Positions 30,062-40,789 of a stretch of 64,000 nucleotides of DNA are shown here, in pieces. A model generated the notes under the pieces. It saw nothing but the letters and a program-made list of their open reading frames with translations, was not told the DNA's origin and did not search any database. Made by a program: the position numbers and the translations under genes. The stretch is from an uncultured Ectothiorhodospiraceae bacterium (GTDB lineage Bacteria > Pseudomonadota > Gammaproteobacteria > J044), in the NCBI GenBank assembly GCA_964641615.1, contig CAZXNH010000006.1:14381-78380 (forward strand). The letters are read 5' to 3'. How positions within the stretch are numbered: position 1 is the stretch's first letter; every line of letters starts with the position of its first letter.

Positions 30062-31930
30062 ATGCATATTGTCAGAGGCATATTATCAGCATCACTTATT
30101 TTATTACTTGCTTCCTGCGCAACCACAGAGCAAAAGCCTGTCTCTACACCATTCGATGCCCTTGAAAAGTTGTCAGGCCCTGCAGTCAGGAATGATAAAG
30201 ATGCCTTCATGCAGCAACTCTATATTTCCAGGACATTTCTACCCCATAAACAACTTAAGCATGATCCGATAGCGCTATCCAAACAATCAGAAGCCCCCAT
30301 TAATAATGCACAGGCCAAGATCATTGGTCCTTCCTACCAGGATTCATTGCGCTCGTTAGCGGCAAAGCTCTGGATGATTGAGCATGCTGAGCACACGCTG
30401 GATCTGACCTATTACATCTACAAGTATGACCCAACCGGTTATGCCCTGATTGGCGCCCTGTGTGACGCTGTTAAACGCGGTGTCGATATACGCATCATGG
30501 TGGATTCATTAGGTTCCATGAGCAGCAACCATGCGCCAATGCGCGCCCTGGAGACCTGCGCGGAAGATGCTGGCTACATGCGTGATGCCTATAAAAAGGA
30601 AACACCGCATAAAGCCCGCGTGCAGTTTGTCATTATCAACGCCCTGACCAGTTGGAGTAGCTGGTCAAACCGACGTTCTCACGACAAGCTGATTATCAAA
30701 GACGGCAGCTTTCCTGGAAAAGATATGGTCATGACCGGGGGCAGGAACATTTCGGTCGATTACTACGGTATTAACAAGGATGGCAGCAGAAACAAGGACA
30801 CTTACCTGGATCTCGAGATTCTGCTTAGATCAGACGGCGGGGTAGAGACCAACCTTGGTGAAATCACTGTAGGTGACGTCAGCAGTGTTTATTACACGCT
30901 TTTATTCCTGCATAAGGGCAATCGCCGCATTCACCCGGTCTCCAACGATGGCGATGATAGTGCCTTTGGGCTGCTAGATCCCTATGCCAATTATCGGCAG
31001 AAGGCCCAGGAAGCCCTGGCATTCATCAAAAATGTACCTGCCATTAAGTCAGCCTTTGAGGAGATGCCTGAATATCTTAATTCAGGATATCGCTCATCAG
31101 AGGTTCGTCTTGCTCATGAACTTGGCAACCTGGTCAGTACGGATGTAGTCAGCGATGTCGTAGAAATTAAGTCCCGGAACACCAATTCCATCGAGGCCAT
31201 CCTGGCCAACGCTGTTCAGGAAGCAGAAAGAGAAGGTGATTTAACAGGAACCCTGCGTATTATTTCCCCTTATCTCTTTATCGCTCAGTACAAAAACAAG
31301 GAAGGAGAGATCTTTTACGATGGTGCGCAACGCATGCTGGAAATGCTGGAGCAATACCCGGGGCTATCGTTTGAGATCATTACGAATTCTGTGCTCACCA
31401 GCGATAACTTCTATACACAGAGTGTTATCGATATGGACACCGCGCCTCGTCTGCTACTCACGGAAGAAATGCAGGCAACCTGGTTAAAAAATCGTAAAGA
31501 TAGCGAGTTCAATCCGGAATTCGTCAACAGCGAGGAATGGGTGCGCCTGATCAATCATCCTCGTATAGGTATATACCAGACCGGTTTACTCGATTCTGCT
31601 CTGATCGGTGGAACAGAAAGTTACGGGAAGCTACATGCAAAGACCTTCTTCGATGATGATTTTGGCTTTGTAGGCACTTCGAATTTTGATTACCGGTCAC
31701 GCCTCTACAATAACGAGATGGGTTTTTACTTTGTTGATCCTGAGCTTGCGAGTGACCTGAACAAGGTATTCGAGGAGCTCAAGTCAATTTCACTACGCTG
31801 GGGTACGCCCGAGTGGCTGGAAATGCGTAAAAAACTTATCGCGTCAGGTGGCTTTAAGGGATATACCACTGGTACCCAGAGAGGGCGCTACAAGTTTTTG
31901 AAGAGCACCGGCTTAATCTGGCTGTTCTAA
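30062..31930 (+). CDS. Phospholipase D-family lipoprotein (ClsC/YmdC-like)
   Basis: Lipobox LASC; two HKD motifs (HDKLIIKD, HAKTFFDD); GGRN; GTSNFDYRS. Confidence 0.88.
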   Translation: MHIVRGILSASLILLLASCATTEQKPVSTPFDALEKLSGPAVRNDKDAFMQQLYISRTFLPHKQLKHDPIALSKQSEAPINNAQAKIIGPSYQDSLRSLAAKLWMIEHAEHTLDLTYYIYKYDPTGYALIGALCDAVKRGVDIRIMVDSLGSMSSNHAPMRALETCAEDAGYMRDAYKKETPHKARVQFVIINALTSWSSWSNRRSHDKLIIKDGSFPGKDMVMTGGRNISVDYYGINKDGSRNKDTYLDLEILLRSDGGVETNLGEITVGDVSSVYYTLLFLHKGNRRIHPVSNDGDDSAFGLLDPYANYRQKAQEALAFIKNVPAIKSAFEEMPEYLNSGYRSSEVRLAHELGNLVSTDVVSDVVEIKSRNTNSIEAILANAVQEAEREGDLTGTLRIISPYLFIAQYKNKEGEIFYDGAQRMLEMLEQYPGLSFEIITNSVLTSDNFYTQSVIDMDTAPRLLLTEEMQATWLKNRKDSEFNPEFVNSEEWVRLINHPRIGIYQTGLLDSALIGGTESYGKLHAKTFFDDDFGFVGTSNFDYRSRLYNNEMGFYFVDPELASDLNKVFEELKSISLRWGTPEWLEMRKKLIASGGFKGYTTGTQRGRYKFLKSTGLIWLF

Positions 31931-33327
31931 TTAAGTTCGATCACGTCATCGATTGCAGGGCATAATGCATCCAGCCCGTAACGTTCCTTAATAGCAAGCT
32001 TCAGCGCCGTACGCTCTTCATCCTCTCCATGGATCAGGATGATCTGTGGCTCTGAGGGTGCCACATCACTGAGCCAGTCGAGCAGCTCTGAATGACCAGC
32101 ATGAGCAGAAAACCCGTCCAGCATGTGAATGCGAGCATTGACCGCTACGGTTTCACCAAAGATTTCTACCCGTTTCTCGCCATCAGCAAGCCTGCGGCCC
32201 AACGTATCCTCAGCCATGTAACCCACGAGGAGTACATTGACATTTTCACGCCACAGATTATGGCGTAGGTGATGAATGATACGGCCACCTTCGCACATAC
32301 CAGAGGCGCTGATGATAATGCAGGACTGTTCGCTGTAATTAAGCTCGATAGACTCTGCCACATCCTCGATAACAACCAGGCCTTCCAGGTCCTGCTGTAA
32401 CTGCTGATTCCTGGCTAATTCAGTGAGTTCCTCATCATAGAGCTCTGGGTGGCGGACAACGATTTCTGTCGCCTTCGTGGCCATAGGACTATCCAGGTAG
32501 ATAGGGAATTCCTTCGGGATGAGTCCCTCGCGTACTGCCTCGGCAATGTAGTACAGGATGATCTGGGTACGGCCTACCGCGAAGGCAGGAATGATGATGC
32601 GTTCCTGTTTATCCCAGGCCTCCTTGAGTAGTTGTTTGAAGCCTGACACCGTTTCATCCTGAGGGGTGCGTTCACGACCTCCATAGGTGGACTCCAGAAA
32701 AACAAGGTCGCCCTGTGTCGGACGTACCGGGTCACGAAGAATAGGAGCGGCGCAAGGGCCAACATCACCAGAAAAGACCAGAACGCGCTTTTCACCCTCA
32801 TGTTCTATGGTCAGTTCAACACTGGTGGATCCCAGTATATGACCGGCCTCGAAGAGCCTTACCTCAACACCTGGCGCCACCGTCTCTGGCCGGTTGTAAT
32901 GGAGTCGTTCATGCCAGGAGCGTATGGCTTTAACATCCTGAACGGTATACACAGGTTTTTGTATTTCCTCTCCTGCACGTCTTCTTTCGCGGTTTTCGCG
33001 TTTGATGCTTTCTTCCTCGATCTTTGCCATGTCTTCAAGCAGGACCCTGGTCGTATCCAGCGTTCCGTGCGTGGCATAGAGGGGGCCTTCGTAACCAGAG
33101 GCATAGAGGAGGGGGAGACGCCCCGAGTGGTCCAGGTGCGCATGACTAAGAATCACGGCATCCAGCCTGGATGGATCTACAGGACCAAGTGAACGACTTC
33201 GTTCACGGCTACTACGACCACCCTGAAAAATGCCAAAGTCGACCAGTACCTGGGCATCGGGTGTTTCTACCAGGTAACCAGAGCCAGTCACTTCACCTGC
33301 GGCACCACAAAGTCGCACCTTGATCAT
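31927..33327 (-). CDS. Metallo-beta-lactamase/beta-CASP nuclease (Ysh1-like)
   Basis: SHAHLDH, AGHILGS, FSGD, ESTYG, FSAHA, HGE motifs all present. Confidence 0.92.
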   Translation of the reverse strand: MIKVRLCGAAGEVTGSGYLVETPDAQVLVDFGIFQGGRSSRERSRSLGPVDPSRLDAVILSHAHLDHSGRLPLLYASGYEGPLYATHGTLDTTRVLLEDMAKIEEESIKRENRERRRAGEEIQKPVYTVQDVKAIRSWHERLHYNRPETVAPGVEVRLFEAGHILGSTSVELTIEHEGEKRVLVFSGDVGPCAAPILRDPVRPTQGDLVFLESTYGGRERTPQDETVSGFKQLLKEAWDKQERIIIPAFAVGRTQIILYYIAEAVREGLIPKEFPIYLDSPMATKATEIVVRHPELYDEELTELARNQQLQQDLEGLVVIEDVAESIELNYSEQSCIIISASGMCEGGRIIHHLRHNLWRENVNVLLVGYMAEDTLGRRLADGEKRVEIFGETVAVNARIHMLDGFSAHAGHSELLDWLSDVAPSEPQIILIHGEDEERTALKLAIKERYGLDALCPAIDDVIELN

Positions 33328-35066
33328 AACGGGTCTCCTTGTTTCTTCTGGTCTGGCTGTCTGGTTGAATGTTCATCACCATTCATCGCATGGCGTGCCG
33401 GGGCCTCACGCGCCAGTCGCACGCAGGTCTCAACCAGCTTGTTCATAACAACAGGAATACCAGGTGAGTCGTCCTCGGAAACGGCCTCTACAACACTCAG
33501 GGCCAGATAGGGTTTGGACCGCTTTTTAACCGCCTGGCGAATAACCTGTGCGGGTGAGCTATTCCTTAATGCAGCAGGAGATAGCCGAGAATGATGCTCG
33601 TAGACGCCTGAATAACCGTTTTCCCAGAAACAGTGCTCAATATCCAGGTCACAGAGCAGGGTGATGTGATCGCTTTCTTCACGATCTCCAAGAAACTCTC
33701 TGCCAGTCTCCAGGTAATGCTGGCCCGCATCATCACCATCTGCCAGCAGGTGCCATTCGATCCCCAGTTCCCGTGCTGCTTTTATTAGCGGATCCAGACC
33801 ACATTGGGCAAACTCGATACAGCTAATGCCTTCCAGGGCGAACTCATAGCCCATCAAACGGGCAATCTGTGGCACTACCCAGAACTCGGATTCGCCCTCT
33901 ACCAGTAGCCATAAGCGTGAAAAACTCGCCACGCTATTGCGCGTACGCTGGTGATACCCCAGTCTTCTGAGGTCTTCTAACGACAGGGCATGCTCCCTCA
34001 CTCGGTACTGATGCACAATACCGTTATAACGGGTAAGGCGACGGATCCGTTTCAGGGGAACGGCAGCCAGGAAGTCTCCTGAATGAGTGGTAACAATTTT
34101 CTGCCAGTCGATATGACCTAACATCAGGGCAAGCGAGGCCAGTGTCATTGGATGTAAATGGGCCTCAGGATCTTCGATAATCCATATCGGTTCAGCATGA
34201 GGAAGGAACCCTTCCGGATGCTCGCGTAGTAAGGCTGCCACGAGCAATAAAAATCCCAGCTTTTCAGCGTAGCTTCCAGACTCATTCAGGGCTATGGAAC
34301 TGGATTGCAAATCTTTCAGGTCTTTACCCAGTATCTCGCCGATGGCTTTATCCAGAGCCAGCATGCCCCAGTCGATGTAATTATCCCTGGTTTCCATCAG
34401 TTCACGAGCAGCCGCAAAACCATTGTCGAGCTCCGCAGACATGCTGGAGGTGTTTCTCGAGAGTAATGCTGAGGTTGATTCCAGTATGCGCTGGATTAGC
34501 TGGGCAATTTCAGGAGAGGGCGCTGTCTTAGACGGGCTGGTTTCAGTGTCAGGCTCGTGGTTAATCTCGTGGCCTGTGAGCATGCCGCCGGTAATTCGTA
34601 TGATGGGCGCCATCTGGCGCAACCACTGAAAAACGGCAGAATCCGATGTTTTTCTGTGGGAGCCAGGAGACTCTAACTGCCATGTTGCCTGGGAGCTTCC
34701 TTCATTAACCGCGTCGGCCTGCAGGTCAAGGTAGAGTTTTCGTGGCTTCCTGCTGATTTCGGGTAATAATTCAGCTATGGGTTGGTAGGCCTTGTCAGAC
34801 CATTCACCAGGTCGGCGCTCCTCAAAGCCTAGCCGGATCCTGATAGGACCAGAAGCCGTGTCTTTCCCCTTTTCATGATGGAATTCCCTGGCCTCAAACG
34901 TCAGTCCACCATCTTCGGTATCATCATCAAGAACCCGAGCCAGGGAATCTAGCAGACTAGATTTGCCGCAGTCATTTTCTCCAATGAGCACCGTGGTGTT
35001 ATCAAAGTCCAGCTCGGCGCTACGTACCGCCCGATAGTTTTCGACTTTTAGGGTGCTCAAATACAA
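33324..35066 (-). CDS. OLD-family ATP-dependent nuclease (YbjD-like; ABC ATPase + TOPRIM)
   Basis: GENDCGKSS Walker A, EDPEAHLHP, TTHS, LVEGESE, ADGDDAG; TTG start. Confidence 0.88.
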   Translation of the reverse strand: MYLSTLKVENYRAVRSAELDFDNTTVLIGENDCGKSSLLDSLARVLDDDTEDGGLTFEAREFHHEKGKDTASGPIRIRLGFEERRPGEWSDKAYQPIAELLPEISRKPRKLYLDLQADAVNEGSSQATWQLESPGSHRKTSDSAVFQWLRQMAPIIRITGGMLTGHEINHEPDTETSPSKTAPSPEIAQLIQRILESTSALLSRNTSSMSAELDNGFAAARELMETRDNYIDWGMLALDKAIGEILGKDLKDLQSSSIALNESGSYAEKLGFLLLVAALLREHPEGFLPHAEPIWIIEDPEAHLHPMTLASLALMLGHIDWQKIVTTHSGDFLAAVPLKRIRRLTRYNGIVHQYRVREHALSLEDLRRLGYHQRTRNSVASFSRLWLLVEGESEFWVVPQIARLMGYEFALEGISCIEFAQCGLDPLIKAARELGIEWHLLADGDDAGQHYLETGREFLGDREESDHITLLCDLDIEHCFWENGYSGVYEHHSRLSPAALRNSSPAQVIRQAVKKRSKPYLALSVVEAVSEDDSPGIPVVMNKLVETCVRLAREAPARHAMNGDEHSTRQPDQKKQGDPL

Positions 35067-35396
35067 AGACTATGTGCTCCCATGACCCTTTATTGTGCAA
35101 TATTCATATTTGTAATTTAGCATGACTTACTGTTTGGTTGCCGGGTTGGTCAAAGTCATAAAACATCATATACCTCGACTTTATTTAACTTATCAACAAA
35201 GAAGGATGCGGCTAATGAATAAGAATATCTTGATGTCCCTGAGTATCGCCGCCCTGGCGGCTTCCCTTGGTTCAGCAACAGTGCGTGCTCAGCTACCTCT
35301 GCCTCCCGACAAACAATCCCTTGTCTCTTGCTAATACTTACTTATACGGGCAAATCCTATATATGAACTGATCATTTCCCTGGCTGAGGCGGAAAA

Positions 35397-36203
35397 ATGC
35401 AGAAAACGATACTGATTACCGGCTCAACCGATGGCATTGGCCTGGAAACAGCTAAAGCCCTGGCCTCCATGGGCCACAATGTACTTCTGCATGGGCGTAA
35501 TTCAGCAAAGCTTGAGCAGGCCAAGAGGACTGTCTCCGAGCTAGCGGAAGGAGGGCGCATTGAGAGCTACCTGGCAGACCTGTCGCGCATGGCTGATGTC
35601 GACGCACTGGCAAAGGCGGTAATGGACAAGCACGATAGTCTTGATGTGCTGATTAATAATGCCGGTATCTATAAGACACCAAAACCAATCACGAAGGATG
35701 GCCTGGATGTGCGCTTTGTAGTGAACACCATAGCCCCGTATCTGCTCACGAAACGCCTGATGCCGCTGATTGGGTCATCTTCACGGGTAGTCAATCTATC
35801 TTCTGCCGCCCAGTCATCAGTAAATTCAGAGGCGCTGGCAGGAAGAGTCAGGCTATCTGATGACTTCGAAGCCTACGCTCAAAGCAAGTTGGCCATCACC
35901 ATGTGGTCACACAGTATGGCGCTTTCCTTCAAAGATGACGGCCCTGTCATTGTCGCCATTAATCCCGGATCATTACTTGCCACCAAGATGGTGAAAGAGG
36001 GCTTTGGCATGCCTGGAAAAGATATTCACATCGGCTCAGAGATACTGGTCCGTGCGGCCTTGTCAGATGAATTCACTGCCGCTTCTGGCATGTATTTCGA
36101 TAACGACATAGGCCAGTTTGGATCGCCCCATCCGAATGCACTGGACCTGGAAAAATGTCGAGAGATAGAGCAGGCAATCGAGACTATTTTGTCTGCCTAT
36201 TAA
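35397..36203 (+). CDS. Short-chain dehydrogenase/reductase
   Basis: ITGSTDGIG, NNAG, YAQSK. Confidence 0.92.
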   Translation: MQKTILITGSTDGIGLETAKALASMGHNVLLHGRNSAKLEQAKRTVSELAEGGRIESYLADLSRMADVDALAKAVMDKHDSLDVLINNAGIYKTPKPITKDGLDVRFVVNTIAPYLLTKRLMPLIGSSSRVVNLSSAAQSSVNSEALAGRVRLSDDFEAYAQSKLAITMWSHSMALSFKDDGPVIVAINPGSLLATKMVKEGFGMPGKDIHIGSEILVRAALSDEFTAASGMYFDNDIGQFGSPHPNALDLEKCREIEQAIETILSAY

Positions 36204-36241
36204 CGTTTCGCTTATGTTTTAGATGTGGCTAACAAGGTATT

Positions 36242-37222
36242 TCAAAGTGCAGTTCGTGTATAGATAAAGAGCATCAGGGCCAGCAGGGTCACAAACCAGC
36301 CAATCAGATAGATGCGCATGGCCTTCCTGGCCTTTTCCTTCTCGTACCAGGTCCTGGGGCTCACGCCCTTGGCCCAGAACACGATCTTACTGGCCAGGTT
36401 GACCGAAACGATGTTAACGGCAAGTAACAGGCCGGCATCCATTGCAAAATCAAAGTTCCCTTTGCCCAGCATGATGCCAAGCGTGGTCGCAGGCGGGAGC
36501 AGGGCGACCGCAACCATAACGCCTACCAGGACACTCGATAATCGAGTTGTCAGTGAGAGTGCGGCTGCAGCACCAGAAGCCAGCGCAAGTACCGCTGAGT
36601 CGATGCCTACAATCGTTCGGGACATCAGCTCGGGACTGAAGTTTTCAAAGTTCCAGAAAAAGCCAATGGCTGTCGATAATGTAATCGCCAGTAGAATACC
36701 AGCGGCAAGGGTCTTAGCTGATTTCGCCATCAGCGCTGTATCACCGAGGGCAGTACCCACGCTCAGGGCCAGGTTAGGGCCAAGGAGGGGCGCAATCACC
36801 ATCGCCCCAATGACGACCGCCACATTGTTTTCAATCAATGCGATGGCCGCTACGATGGTCGATAAAACGACCAGCACGATGTAATTTCGATCAAGCTCTG
36901 CACTGGTCTTTACTTCCTCGTACAGGGCTTCGCGAGCGGCAAGCTTGCTGGTTTTCTTCTTACGTTCTACTTGCTCTTCAGACTTGGGCAGGGACATCTC
37001 AACGGGCAGCACGGTAATGCGCGCGGTTGGTTGAGCACCAAGGATATGCTGCAATTTATCGATAACGACCTGTAATACATCGTCCTCAACAAGGATGCGC
37101 GTCAGCTGCATACCATCTTCTCCGGAAACGCCCAGGCGTAAGTCCTCAGCTTTAGCCTGGTCGGCAATAGCGCGAATGGTGTCAGAGCTGCCTGACTCCG
37201 CAATCACTTCAACGTACTTCAT
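36242..37222 (-). CDS. TIGR00341/DUF389-family membrane protein
   Basis: VVIGAMVIAPLLGP, VGVMVAVALLPP; likely ATG at 37222. Confidence 0.85.
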   Translation of the reverse strand: MKYVEVIAESGSSDTIRAIADQAKAEDLRLGVSGEDGMQLTRILVEDDVLQVVIDKLQHILGAQPTARITVLPVEMSLPKSEEQVERKKKTSKLAAREALYEEVKTSAELDRNYIVLVVLSTIVAAIALIENNVAVVIGAMVIAPLLGPNLALSVGTALGDTALMAKSAKTLAAGILLAITLSTAIGFFWNFENFSPELMSRTIVGIDSAVLALASGAAAALSLTTRLSSVLVGVMVAVALLPPATTLGIMLGKGNFDFAMDAGLLLAVNIVSVNLASKIVFWAKGVSPRTWYEKEKARKAMRIYLIGWFVTLLALMLFIYTRTAL

Positions 37223-37358
37223 GTATTCAGGTCCCCGGGGAATACTTAGCAATTAACTGTTATGAATCATGGGCAAACAATCATTACCTTAACATTTCTT
37301 AGCCGCAACGCTGATATGATTGAGTTAAGGCACACAAATTGATGTGGAGGAATCGACA

Positions 37359-38048
37359 ATGACTGCCAGTAACAAGCCTGGGCCATTCCCCAGAATTCGC
37401 AGAACCTTTCTTGCAGGCCTGCTTGCAGCCTTACCTTTGGCGCTTACGGTAACCGTCATCATATGGTTAGCTGAGTATATACAGCGATTCCTGGGTCGAA
37501 ACAGCGCCTTTGGCAAGTTCATGGAGTCTTTTGGGCTCAAGTTTGTGTCTTCTGAAATCAGTGCCTATCTGCTGGGTGTCCTGGCAGTGCTGCTGCTGAT
37601 TTACGTGCTGGGTGTTTTCGTAGAAGCGGGCATGAAGAACCGCTGGCAGGCCCTGATTGATGGAATACTCAACCGCGTGCCTCTGGTCGGCACGCTTTAT
37701 AACGCACTCAATAAGCTGATCCGCATGTTCGACACCAAGGATCAGGCAGATATCCAGTCGATGGGTGCCGTGATGTGTTTCTTTGGTGGAAAAGAGGGCA
37801 GTACGGGTGTGCTGGCCCTGCTGACCAGCCCCGAAAAGATCAATATGAATGGCGTAGATTATTATTCGATTATGATCCCCACTGCACCAGTACCGTTCGG
37901 CGGTGCCATTTTGTTTGTTCCAGTAGACTGGGTTGAGCATGTCGATATTGAATTTGACGGGTTATTGAATATCTACATGTCGATGGGCATCACGTCACCG
38001 GAATATTTCAATCAGCCTAAAACCAGCCGGACAGAGAAAGCTAGTTAA
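37359..38048 (+). CDS. DUF502-family membrane protein
   Basis: RVPLVGTLY, IPTAPVPFGG, YMSMG. Confidence 0.82.
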   Translation: MTASNKPGPFPRIRRTFLAGLLAALPLALTVTVIIWLAEYIQRFLGRNSAFGKFMESFGLKFVSSEISAYLLGVLAVLLLIYVLGVFVEAGMKNRWQALIDGILNRVPLVGTLYNALNKLIRMFDTKDQADIQSMGAVMCFFGGKEGSTGVLALLTSPEKINMNGVDYYSIMIPTAPVPFGGAILFVPVDWVEHVDIEFDGLLNIYMSMGITSPEYFNQPKTSRTEKAS

Positions 38049-40128
38049 CATTGCGAAGGCTATCAATAGTGTCTTGTGTTTTCTGTTGTTGCCTTTGTTT
38101 CAGTTGGGAGATGTATTTCCGGTCAAATAGTTTTTCGCAATAAGCACTACCGTCACTTGGTATACTGCCTTCAAATATCCAGCGGGCGGGAACATGCAAT
38201 GGACTGGTTACAAACGACAAAACACCGCCTGCAATATCCAGCGGGGTGGTTCTTAAGCGCGTCTTGTTAAACTCGCCTTCCACTCTGATTGGCGTTTTCA
38301 GGGAATAGAGCCGGGCAGTTTTGGATTTTGGGAATAAGGCCAGAGAGATGTATTCCTCATTAAAATCGACTGTAAGATTTCCATCCATCCAGACCTTGCT
38401 TGTATCTAGTGCCAGGTAGTCCTCTTTCACTATGCCGTCATTAATATCTAACAGGGCGACGCCGCAATTGAATTTAGATTCGTTCTTGGTGATCTCGGGC
38501 AACAGAACGAGATAAAGGTTCACGCTCCAAAGATCAAATACCCTGGCGCGTGTATCCACGGGCCACAACGCCACATCCAGTTTTCCAGTAGCATTATCGA
38601 ACAAATGATCAAAGGTCTCACCATCCAATGCCAGGTCTATGCGGCTACTCATAAGTCCCCTCATGGTTGTTTCCGGTTTTATAAGCCTTGCCAGAACACC
38701 ATAGTCTATTTTTTCTGCGTCGAGCTCCAAATGACCTTTCAGGCTAACCTCACTGGCATGCAGGAATAACCTGGCATCCAGGCTCCCCTCCAACAGAGTG
38801 ATTTTGAGTTGATCTATATTGAGCTTGTCGTCCCCAAGTTTCAGAGAAATAAACGCAGTACCCAGCTGCTCTGGCCCTTCATGGATTTGCTCTGCACGCA
38901 GATCCAATTGCAGTGAGGCATCGAAGTTTCGTAATGTCTTTCTTACTATTGCTCTACGAACATTGATATCTTCATGTGTCAGGGTATCTGTAACAGAGGA
39001 TTTGGAGCTTGACGAATTCTGGGTTTTTAACCAGAACCCAATTGGATAATCACTTAACTGAATGAGAGGTGTGGTAAGAGATACCTTCCATTGAGACTCC
39101 GGCCTGGATGTATCCAGGTCAACACTCCCGGTAATCTTCAAATCGTCTATCTGCGCATCTATATCGCTAAAGCGAACCCTTTTGCTGGCAAACTCAAGCT
39201 CAGATCTCAGGCTGTAATGAGTAACGATCGGGACATGTATATTCAGTGCCTGAGCCATTTCATGAAGGTTTCTACCCGACAGGTAAAGAGAGAATTCCTG
39301 CTCACTATCTTTTGCAGGTAGTTGTATAGAGCTTTTCAATTGTAGATTGGTGCCTGCCAATGTCAGTTTGAAATCCAGTTCGTGGCTGTCACGGACAGAG
39401 CCAGGGTTAACACGTAAAGAAGTCTCGAAGGGCTTATTTGCGATTTGGCCGGTTCCATGAAGCACCCAGTCCTTGTTGCCAAACATGGATTTAAACGGAT
39501 TGGCGGTCAGTTCGGCAGAATAGGGCACCTCTTTGAACGTGGCCGATATGCTTAGCCTGACTTCATCTGAATTAACTGCATCAAGCGTGAGACTGTTGAG
39601 GTAATCCGTATAGCTTCTACCAACCATCTCATCCCGCACTTCAAAAGTTATATTGGACAGGTGGAACTGATCGATACTCAGCTTTTCCTTAAGTGGCTTT
39701 GTACTGCCCTCCTTGTGTTCACTGGACTTATGAAAAGCCCAGTTAAATGAGCCATCAGGTTTTCTATGCAGGTTCACCAGTACATCGTTAGATGAAATCT
39801 CCGTGAAATGAAAGTCTCCACGGATTAAGGCGAGTAAAGAAAGGTGAGCCTCCGCCCGGGAGATTCGTAAGGAGTAATCGTCGGGAAAACCTTCCGGATT
39901 TCGGGCATACAAATTCTCGACGTAAAGGGCAGGGAAGAGGCCTGAAGAGAGGCGAAAATCTCCTTCAATACTAACCTCTCGACCTAGCGTGTTACTTAAA
40001 GCGCTAACCAGTACGGGACGGACCTTGTCCAGCGGGATGGAGATATTAGAAACGATCAGCAGGCCAACAATCAGAAACAAGCCGAAAAGGGCAAGAAGGT
40101 TACGTACGATGTGCGTTCTGAAGCGCAT
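38041..40128 (-). CDS. AsmA-family protein
   Basis: N-terminal transmembrane helix, LGREVSIEGD, beta-taco pattern, C-terminal AsmA region (FNCG, LDTS, PIRVEG). Confidence 0.8.
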   Translation of the reverse strand: MRFRTHIVRNLLALFGLFLIVGLLIVSNISIPLDKVRPVLVSALSNTLGREVSIEGDFRLSSGLFPALYVENLYARNPEGFPDDYSLRISRAEAHLSLLALIRGDFHFTEISSNDVLVNLHRKPDGSFNWAFHKSSEHKEGSTKPLKEKLSIDQFHLSNITFEVRDEMVGRSYTDYLNSLTLDAVNSDEVRLSISATFKEVPYSAELTANPFKSMFGNKDWVLHGTGQIANKPFETSLRVNPGSVRDSHELDFKLTLAGTNLQLKSSIQLPAKDSEQEFSLYLSGRNLHEMAQALNIHVPIVTHYSLRSELEFASKRVRFSDIDAQIDDLKITGSVDLDTSRPESQWKVSLTTPLIQLSDYPIGFWLKTQNSSSSKSSVTDTLTHEDINVRRAIVRKTLRNFDASLQLDLRAEQIHEGPEQLGTAFISLKLGDDKLNIDQLKITLLEGSLDARLFLHASEVSLKGHLELDAEKIDYGVLARLIKPETTMRGLMSSRIDLALDGETFDHLFDNATGKLDVALWPVDTRARVFDLWSVNLYLVLLPEITKNESKFNCGVALLDINDGIVKEDYLALDTSKVWMDGNLTVDFNEEYISLALFPKSKTARLYSLKTPIRVEGEFNKTRLRTTPLDIAGGVLSFVTSPLHVPARWIFEGSIPSDGSAYCEKLFDRKYISQLKQRQQQKTQDTIDSLRNVN

Positions 40129-40187
40129 ATCAATAGTCTAAACCATGCCCGGCCAAATTATTTGATTGGCTACTGAATGCGATATCC

Positions 40188-40622
40188 AGGGATTACCAAC
40201 AGTTTGACATTAATAAATATCATGCCTTTGTTAGATACTGGCATCCACTCGGTGAAAAATTTGCGCTTGGTTTGCGTGGAGACGGCCAGAAACTTTCTGA
40301 TGGTCCTGCAACATTTTACGAGTACCCATTCGTCGAATTACGGGCTATCTCGATTATGAGTTACCAGGGAGAAGAGGTCCTGGTCGGTGAGGCAGAACTT
40401 CGCTGGGATGTAAATAGTCGCTGGAGCCTGGTGGGTTTCGGTGGTGCTGGACAAACATCAGGTGGAATACGGGAGACGACTGAGGAAAACGTATACAGCA
40501 AGGGGATTGGTTTTCGTTACCTGGTTGCCCGCCGCTATGGCCTGAGAGTAGGTATAGATATCGCACGAGGCCCTGAAGATACAGCCTTTTATATCCAGGT
40601 GGATAATGCCTGGGCGCGGTAA
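40188..40622 (+). pseudogene. 5'-truncated remnant of a BamA/TamA (Omp85)-family outer-membrane protein
   Basis: Frame stays open upstream of the called TTG (RDYQQFDINKYHAFVRYWHPLGEKFALGLRGDG...) back to a TAG at 40134 with no in-frame ATG; C-terminal GIGFRYLVARRYGLRVGIDIARGPE barrel strands. Confidence 0.65.
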
Positions 40623-40789
40623 TACCTCGTTGCATTTAAAGCCATTGATTGAAGATGTCTGAACGAATGACAATCAAATAGAATTAAAAAGATAATATAC
40701 ATTAAATAACATGTATATCTTTTTGATTAATTTGTAATATTAGCCATATAAAAACCCATACCAATTAAGGAGTATCTACACTTAATAAC

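Noticed and set aside
33324-35066. Second Gabija system from the YbjD-like OLD gene
   Set aside because: No adjacent UvrD helicase; its coupled partner is a beta-CASP nuclease (reported separately).
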